Position numbers and translations under genes: made by a program. This document shows positions 57,881 through 64,000 of a stretch of 64,000 nt of DNA, piece after piece; within the stretch, counting starts at the first letter, position 1, and the number at the start of each line of letters is the position of its first letter. The DNA comes from a virus, in the IMG/VR virus record IMGVR_UViG_3300038696_000205, positions 1 to 64,000 of that record; one strand, written 5' to 3'. The notes under the pieces were generated by a model, which was not told the origin of the DNA, did not search any database, and worked only from the letters and a program-made list of their open reading frames with translations.

Positions 57881-58906
57881 TTATTTAAAGAAATATTTGA
57901 AATTTTCTCCACCATAAGCATCCTTGGTCAAATTAATCATTTCGCCAACACTATAATCTCGTTCCTCAATCTTAAATTCATTAACGAAATCCTTGACTCC
58001 GAACGAACATGCGCCAGTAATTATCCTGTAACATTCTATCGCATCACCAAATGACAATACGTTATCCAACGTTAACCCTTTGTAATCTTCCACACACTTA
58101 TTACTTATCTTAAATAATAAATCAAGTTTAGCTTCTTTAATGGTTTCACCGTGCGCCCATCTATCCTCACCATCGGTAACTAAATAAAGTTTATTCTCAT
58201 CGCTTAATTTCTTCACCTCATATACATTACCCCGTTTATGTAGCACTTCGGTGAACACCCCATCAACCTTTACGTATTTCCCATCTTGCCAAAATATTGC
58301 CTTTGGGGGTAGACTTTTTTGAATCGATGTAACCTTATCCAAATATAAGTGACCACCCACCGTAGGGTTAAATCCTTCTGGAATCATTGTAAGTGAGTTT
58401 AAGTCTAAACTACCCCCAACCGTAGGATTAAATCCTTCTGGAATATTTTTAAGTGACCTTAAGTATAAACTACCATCCACCATAGGATTAAACCCCCCTG
58501 GAATCGATTTTAGACTACTTAAATCTAAAGTACCACCAACGGTGGGATTGAATCCTTCTGGAATCGATGTAAGTTTATATAAATCTAAATCACCACCAAC
58601 GGTGGGGTTGAATCCATCTGGAATAGAGATGAGATTTTCTAAAAATAAACCCCCACTAACGATTGGGTTAAATCCTTCTGGAATCGATGTTAGGTAACCT
58701 AAATATAAACTACCACCAACAATTGGGTTAAAGCTATCTGGAATCGCCGTGATATTATTTAAGAATAAATGATTTCTGACTTTAGGATTAAACCCATCTG
58801 GAATCGATGTGAGTAAATTTAAGAATAAATTATCGTTAATTATATCAATTCCTAAGAATTGATTTTCCGTTATATTTGCATATTGCATTAATTCTTCTTT
58901 AGTCAT
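57881..58906 (-). CDS. 20-aa leucine-rich-repeat protein (8 full repeats), paralogue of 60647..62335
   Basis: GxLxLxxLTSIPEGFNPTVG units; C-terminal AHG.T..AK.DL..K..YR.ITGACSFGV. Confidence 0.85.
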   Translation of the reverse strand: MTKEELMQYANITENQFLGIDIINDNLFLNLLTSIPDGFNPKVRNHLFLNNITAIPDSFNPIVGGSLYLGYLTSIPEGFNPIVSGGLFLENLISIPDGFNPTVGGDLDLYKLTSIPEGFNPTVGGTLDLSSLKSIPGGFNPMVDGSLYLRSLKNIPEGFNPTVGGSLDLNSLTMIPEGFNPTVGGHLYLDKVTSIQKSLPPKAIFWQDGKYVKVDGVFTEVLHKRGNVYEVKKLSDENKLYLVTDGEDRWAHGETIKEAKLDLLFKISNKCVEDYKGLTLDNVLSFGDAIECYRIITGACSFGVKDFVNEFKIEERDYSVGEMINLTKDAYGGENFKYFFK

Positions 58907-59078
58907 TTCAAGTATTTTTAAGTATTTTAACCAAGTGATTTTCTATAACCCATTACCCATCGTTCAAAATCTTGAACTTCATCGTGTGCTATTAAATATT
59001 CCCAAAGTCCAGATTCACTAATCAAAGCTTGTTTTCTACTGTCTTTTATCGCTTGTGACATAAAGTTTTTATTTTAAA

Positions 59079-59402
59079 TTATTGTAGACCAACTGCCCTA
59101 AACCAATTCAATATTCTATTATTTTCGCTTAAAGGGTAACTCCAACGCCCCGTAATAAGAAAAATAAAAGGTAATGATAACAACATTAACATCATTAATA
59201 CAAACGCAAATGGCATCGTTAATCTTAACCAAAAGGTTACTGGTGTTTTAATTTCAGAGAAAAATTCAACATTTAATTCTATAAACCTATTACAAAGTTC
59301 CTGACTATCTAATTTAGATAATTCTGGGAATGTTTTCTTAAAATTGGGTATATGGTTTAAATAACCATGTGACCAAGTTCTTTTTAATTTTCTATACAAC
59401 AT
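59079..59402 (-). CDS. membrane-associated hypothetical protein
   Basis: RLTMPFA..LPF.FLITG.W hydrophobic segment. Confidence 0.75.
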   Translation of the reverse strand: MLYRKLKRTWSHGYLNHIPNFKKTFPELSKLDSQELCNRFIELNVEFFSEIKTPVTFWLRLTMPFAFVLMMLMLLSLPFIFLITGRWSYPLSENNRILNWFRAVGLQ

Positions 59403-59407
59403 ATTAT

Positions 59408-59614
59408 TTAATATTTTTCCAATTCTTTTTCTTCAAATTCAATACTGGCACTTATTTTTTCATCAGTATCTACAATAAGGTAATTACCCCTAACTAGAAC
59501 AACAAACTTGGTATTGGTCTTAATTACGTCATAGACCTCACCTTTTATAAACGCCAATTGACCGTGTAAGGTCAACTGGTTAATTTTTCCATTTAAGTTA
59601 TTTAGTCGTATCAT
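59408..59614 (-). CDS. small hypothetical protein
   Basis: Overlap-coupled ORF. Confidence 0.65.
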   Translation of the reverse strand: MIRLNNLNGKINQLTLHGQLAFIKGEVYDVIKTNTKFVVLVRGNYLIVDTDEKISASIEFEEKELEKY

Positions 59615-59819
59615 CCTGTAATAGTTTTTCTAAGGTTTCAAAATCTTCATCCCTACTTTTTTTATCCTCATAATATGTAAAGGATGCTATTGAGTTGGTG
59701 GCCTCTACAACCAATATAGAGTAACCGCTAACATGACTTTTTTTAACCTCAAAGTCATTTTCCTTAGCATCCTCAACTATATTTTTTATAGAACTATTAT
59801 TAAATTTAGATTTTATCAT
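59598..59819 (-). CDS. small hypothetical protein
   Basis: Start set at ATG 59819. Confidence 0.7.
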   Translation of the reverse strand: MIKSKFNNSSIKNIVEDAKENDFEVKKSHVSGYSILVVEATNSIASFTYYEDKKSRDEDFETLEKLLQDDTTK

Positions 59820-59919
59820 AGTTTTAATTTTAAATTTAGTTTGCAATTACTATTAAATAGTGTAAGACATCGCAAACTAAATTTTAACAATGTCTTACAA
59901 ATATACTGAAAATAATCGA

Positions 59920-60195
59920 CTATTCCAAATCGTTTGTTAGGATTTTATCGATTCTATCGATTCTATCCATAATTTCATCAATCTTTAAAAACCACATATT
60001 TTCATAGTAACCTCCATCACTATCCATACCCTCTTGAAATTCCTTATTTTCGTAGCACCAACTTTTTAATTCTTTTAATTGGTCAAGATGAAATTTAATT
60101 GATTTTTCAGCACAAAGTTCAGCAAATATTTGAGTAGGTTGATTTTTATCTATTAGTTTTTTAAAGCTAACTATTAATTCTTCTTTTGTTTTCAT
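59920..60195 (-). CDS. hypothetical protein
   Basis: 91-aa ORF. Confidence 0.7.
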   Translation of the reverse strand: MKTKEELIVSFKKLIDKNQPTQIFAELCAEKSIKFHLDQLKELKSWCYENKEFQEGMDSDGGYYENMWFLKIDEIMDRIDRIDKILTNDLE

Positions 60196-60196
60196 A

Positions 60197-60589
60197 TTAT
60201 TTATTATTTGTGTAAATTTCCTTAACCAATGACATCAAAGATTCTTCGGTAATTATAACCTCATCAGGGTTTTCATAACAATCGTCCATTTCATGCGTCT
60301 GTGTATGAACCCTACCATCGGGTAAATTTGTTACCCTTGGCTCATCAAGTTCGATAAGACCGCAGTATTGTACACCGTAATTAATTTCCTGTGGGTCACT
60401 TGGTTTTGTCTTTGGTATGTCGTCAGCCCACGCATTCATATCGAATAATGGTTTACCATCATTACCTATAATCGTATCCCAACCCTCAAACTCAAAATTT
60501 CTGATTGTTTGTACGGGAATACCCTTACCTATAACTAATGCTAATTTTTCTTTTTCGTTGATAAAAACTTGTTTGATTCTTACTTCCAT
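60197..60589 (-). CDS. hypothetical protein
   Basis: Own promoter at 60613. Confidence 0.75.
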   Translation of the reverse strand: MEVRIKQVFINEKEKLALVIGKGIPVQTIRNFEFEGWDTIIGNDGKPLFDMNAWADDIPKTKPSDPQEINYGVQYCGLIELDEPRVTNLPDGRVHTQTHEMDDCYENPDEVIITEESLMSLVKEIYTNNK

Positions 60590-60646
60590 AATATTGTTAT
60601 TTTTGTTCCCTACAAAGATACATAATTTATTTCATTATACCAAATA

Positions 60647-62335
60647 TTATTGAAAGAAATGTTTAAATTGCTGACCACCATAGCTATCTTTGGTTAAATC
60701 AATCATTTCCTCAATCGTATAGTCCTTATGCTCGACCTTAAATTTCTTAACGAAATGCTTAACACCGAATGAACATGCACCAGTTATCACCCTGTAACAC
60801 TCGATTGCTTCCTCAAAGGGAAACACGCTATCTAGCGATAAGTCCTCATAATCCTTTTTGTTTCTGTTACTTATCTTGTAGATTAAATCTTCTTTTGCAT
60901 CGTTTAATGTATCACCATGCGCCCACTTACCCTGACCATCGGTGATAAGATAAAATTCTATAGGGTTGTTTAATCTCTTAACCCTATGGACATTACCCCT
61001 TTTCTTAACCACCTCAACGAATATTCCATCGACCGATATATATTTACCATCTTGCCAAAATAACGGTTGCCCGTTTAGTTTGGTGTGATTAATATATTTA
61101 AGATTTTCTAAATATAAATTACCACCAACAATTGGGTTAAAGCTATCTGGAATCGATGTAATCTTACATAAAATTAAACGACCACCAACGATTGGATTAA
61201 ATCCTTCTGGAATCGATTTTAGACTACTTAAATCTAAAGTACCACCAACGGTGGGATTGAATCCTTTTGGAATCGATATTAGACTACTTAAATCTAAATC
61301 ACCACCAACGGTGGGATTGAATCCTTCTGGAATCGATGTAAGTTTATATAAATCTAAATCACCACCAACGGTGGGGTTGAATCCATCTGGAATAGAGATG
61401 AGATTATTTAAAAATAAATTACGACCAACGTTCGGATTAAATCCTTCTGGAATCGATGTGAGATTATTTAAAAATAAACTACCACCAACAATTGGGTTAA
61501 AGCTATCTGGAATCGATGTGGGATTATTTAAAAATAAATCACCACCAACGGTGGGGTTGAATCCATCTGGAATAGAGATGAGATTATTTAAAAATAAATT
61601 ACGACCAACGTTCGGATTAAATCCTTCTGGAATCGATGTAAGTTTATATAAATCTAAATCACCACCAACGGTGGGATTGAATCCTTCTGGAATCGATGTA
61701 AGTTTATATAAATCTAAATCACCACCAACGGTGGGGTTAAATCCTTCTGGAATTGATGTAAGCTTACTTAAATCTAAAGTAGAACCCACCGTAGGATTAA
61801 CCCCCTTTGGAATCGATGTGAGTGAATCTAAATATAAACTACCCCCGACCGTGGGGTTAAAATCCTCTTGCATTGTTGTGACTGAATCTAAATATAAACT
61901 ACCTCCAACCGTAGGGCTAAACCCCTTTGGAATCGATTTAAGCTTACTTAAATGTAAGCTTAGACCCACCGTGGGTTTGAACCCATCTGGAATTGATGTA
62001 AGCTTATTTAAATATAAAGTACCCCCGACTGTAAGGTTAAACCCTTCTTGCATTGATGTGATATTATCTAAGTATAAATCACGACCAACCTTAAGATTAA
62101 ATCCTTCTGGAATCGATGTAAGTGAACTTAAATATAAATTACCCCCAACTGTGGGGTTAAACCCTTCTGGAATCGATGTAAGTGAATCTAAGTATAAATC
62201 ACGACCGACTTTAAGGTTAAATCCCTCTGGAATCGATGTGAGATTATTTAAAAATAAATTCCCGATAATTGCATCAATACCTAAGAATTCATTTTCGGTT
62301 ATATCTGCATATTCTAATAAATTTTCTTTAGTCAT
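60647..62335 (-). CDS. 20-aa leucine-rich-repeat protein (19 full repeats)
   Basis: Same repeat and same N/C caps as 57881..58906. Confidence 0.85.
   Translation of the reverse strand: MTKENLLEYADITENEFLGIDAIIGNLFLNNLTSIPEGFNLKVGRDLYLDSLTSIPEGFNPTVGGNLYLSSLTSIPEGFNLKVGRDLYLDNITSMQEGFNLTVGGTLYLNKLTSIPDGFKPTVGLSLHLSKLKSIPKGFSPTVGGSLYLDSVTTMQEDFNPTVGGSLYLDSLTSIPKGVNPTVGSTLDLSKLTSIPEGFNPTVGGDLDLYKLTSIPEGFNPTVGGDLDLYKLTSIPEGFNPNVGRNLFLNNLISIPDGFNPTVGGDLFLNNPTSIPDSFNPIVGGSLFLNNLTSIPEGFNPNVGRNLFLNNLISIPDGFNPTVGGDLDLYKLTSIPEGFNPTVGGDLDLSSLISIPKGFNPTVGGTLDLSSLKSIPEGFNPIVGGRLILCKITSIPDSFNPIVGGNLYLENLKYINHTKLNGQPLFWQDGKYISVDGIFVEVVKKRGNVHRVKRLNNPIEFYLITDGQGKWAHGDTLNDAKEDLIYKISNRNKKDYEDLSLDSVFPFEEAIECYRVITGACSFGVKHFVKKFKVEHKDYTIEEMIDLTKDSYGGQQFKHFFQ
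61100..62265 (-). repeat. 60-nt coding tandem repeat array
   Basis: atccttctggaatcgatg.. recurs every 60 nt. Confidence 0.9.
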
Positions 62336-62403
62336 TTTAAATATTTTTATATTATCTACTCAAAGATAATTAGGGTTTAATGAACAAATTAACAAACAAA
62401 ATT

Positions 62404-63231
62404 TTATATTTCTACTCTCATTACATCACGTAGCTTACTGGCATAACCATAATTTTCATTGCTTATAGCAACCTCCAATAGATAAGCTATTAATTTTTTA
62501 GGGTATTTTTCATTAACCACTTCACGGTTATATATCATTTTAACCACAATGGCTTCATACGATTCTACACCATTTTTAACGTCCTCTAATATTTTATCTA
62601 ATTCCCCATCGGCATTATCGACTATATCGTATATTAAATCACTAAAAATATAACAATCTAAATCACCGTTTAACCTAACGGACATATCGAACGCTTCATA
62701 ACTACCACCAACTGGGTCGAATTGTTTTATACATTCACCATTTTTTATGTTATAAGTACCCACATTATAACCCAAATCTTCATCGGCATATTGAACTTCA
62801 ATTTCCACCTCTGGAAATTTAACACTAGCCTTTATAAATAACATGAACGGGGTAGACCAAGCAGTTATAAATTCATATTTTCCATTCTCCACCATAACAC
62901 ATTCAGATGCATTCCACTTAACACCCCAATTTAAAATACACCAATCATACCAATTATCAGCCCCAAATCTAACAATAAGGTCTTTACTCATTTTTTTGGT
63001 AATACCTCTGGACATAAAAGGGTTCTTGGGGTTATCCAATGATTCTTGTTCATCATATTTCTTTTGTGATATAATGGTGGTCGGTGCCGATGTACCCTTT
63101 AGTTCATCGGGTAATTCAATTATCTTATTAAAGTCGATAACCCTTTCCTCACTTTGGATGGATTCAACCACTTCTTTAATTTTTTCGTCAGAACCTTTTA
63201 AGGTTAAAATATTCGTAATGTAATTTGGCAT
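62404..63231 (-). CDS. DUF1281/YubB-like ferredoxin-fold protein
   Basis: MPNY..N.L, DFNKII..P, NWYDWC..NWGVKWNA, F.TAWS.P, FPE.EIE..YADE; start set at ATG 63231. Confidence 0.8.
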   Translation of the reverse strand: MPNYITNILTLKGSDEKIKEVVESIQSEERVIDFNKIIELPDELKGTSAPTTIISQKKYDEQESLDNPKNPFMSRGITKKMSKDLIVRFGADNWYDWCILNWGVKWNASECVMVENGKYEFITAWSTPFMLFIKASVKFPEVEIEVQYADEDLGYNVGTYNIKNGECIKQFDPVGGSYEAFDMSVRLNGDLDCYIFSDLIYDIVDNADGELDKILEDVKNGVESYEAIVVKMIYNREVVNEKYPKKLIAYLLEVAISNENYGYASKLRDVMRVEI

Positions 63232-63283
63232 AATATTTACTTTAATATGTTTATACAAAGATACAAAAAGTTATTCTAATTGT

Positions 63284-63955
63284 CTAATCTTTTTCCTTAA
63301 ATTTTTTATCTAATTTATTCTTGACTTCTTCCCAAGTGTAAAACCACTTCATCTTACCCTGTGCTATACCCACCAATAGCTTGAATAACTCTTCTCCGTG
63401 CATTACATCGTGCTTATCACTATGTATGAACTTGCCATCCACTATTTCATCAATACCCACTTTAAAGTCCTTAAAATAGCTATAGTACGTATATTTGAAA
63501 GGAATCTCTAGGTAAAATCTTAACCTCCATAATTTACCCAATGGTTTTAGGTCTTGATATCTTACACCTTTATTATCACTTAAATAGTTATTTTTAAATA
63601 ATAACTTCTTATCGTCTAGCTTTGGGGTGTAATCACTATTTAATTTCACCCATATTTTACTTTTACCATCGGTATAGAAATTTGATATTAAATCTTTTGG
63701 AATGTACGTCATATTAAGTTCGGGGTCAGTAGATGCTATAACCTTACCTAAATTTTTAACAGTACCTAATGTACTATTAGCGAACGATACATCGAATTTA
63801 TCCTCTATTAAATGAATACTAGATGATTCGCCATTAACGATATAGTCACCGATTTTTACGGCACGTTTTATAACAATATACAAATCATGTCTATCCACGG
63901 TATGATTTTGTATTCGATTTGTTCTTATTCTAACTATTCTAGCTTTTTTATACAT
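63284..63955 (-). CDS. hypothetical protein
   Basis: 223-aa ORF; KVIASTDPEL..IP motif. Confidence 0.75.
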   Translation of the reverse strand: MYKKARIVRIRTNRIQNHTVDRHDLYIVIKRAVKIGDYIVNGESSSIHLIEDKFDVSFANSTLGTVKNLGKVIASTDPELNMTYIPKDLISNFYTDGKSKIWVKLNSDYTPKLDDKKLLFKNNYLSDNKGVRYQDLKPLGKLWRLRFYLEIPFKYTYYSYFKDFKVGIDEIVDGKFIHSDKHDVMHGEELFKLLVGIAQGKMKWFYTWEEVKNKLDKKFKEKD

Positions 63956-64000
63956 TTTTTATTTTTAGATTGTACCAAGATAGCTATGTGGTAATGAACC

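Larger units (their letters stand above)
34608..63263 (-). promoter_or_regulatory. about 40 dispersed Bacteroidota-type sigma-A promoters (TTTG-N19-21-TAnnTTT[G/A])
   Basis: Forward-strand caaagata/taaagata/caaatata with (c)caaa about 20 nt further, e.g. 40713-20 with 40741-44, 40412-19, 34752-59, 46287, 48287, 56412, 60613, 63256; manual count. Confidence 0.9.

Noticed and set aside
57881-62335. Diversity-generating retroelement acting on the LRR genes
   Set aside because: No reverse transcriptase in the window and no adenine-specific template/variable repeat pattern noticed
61251-62369. 372-aa + strand ORF
   Set aside because: Antisense shadow of the 60-nt LRR repeat gene; no promoter or independent motif
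35798-63258. Longest-ORF starts in the track (e.g. 35851, 39270, 42471, 44864, 48284, 49112, 54931, 57054, 59846, 63258)
   Set aside because: They lie upstream of or inside the -7 promoter box, or overlap another gene; downstream ATGs with A-rich leaders were used
30349-63286. Genome-wide TAG recoding (code 15) as in Lak or some crAss-like phages
   Set aside because: TAG ends genes whose readthrough would run into the next promoter (59920, 63284), long genes are intact under code 11, and two of the internal stops are TAA

Overview
A very AT-rich 64 kb segment of a large (jumbo-type) tailed-phage genome. The host is inferred to be Bacteroidota because about 40 intergenic sites match the Bacteroidota sigma-A promoter (TTTG-N19-21-TAnnTTTG). 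1-8 kb (-): virion and tail-fibre-like genes, including a BspA/DUF285 repeat protein. 8-26 kb: thyA with a cis LAGLIDADG intein, a KTSC protein, thioredoxin, two RNase H-fold proteins and a PcfJ-like protein. The same stretch holds a ClpC-type AAA+ gene broken into three ORFs by two atypically split inteins, one in each Walker A motif, each gap holding a free-standing Vsr-like endonuclease gene. 26-33.5 kb (+): small genes ending in a tandem array sharing an IFNRT tail. A G-rich non-coding junction lies at 33.6-33.9 kb. 34-64 kb (-): small early-type genes, most with their own promoter and often a fused terminator hairpin. Six copies of a promoter-driven, three-hairpin non-coding element with compensatory base changes lie in this block, along with other ncRNA candidates, a cruciform repeat cluster and two 20-aa LRR paralogues. 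Several reading frames are broken; these may be assembly errors, decay or recoding. I found no rRNA, canonical tRNA or CRISPR array. All family calls come from motif recognition by eye, not database searches.
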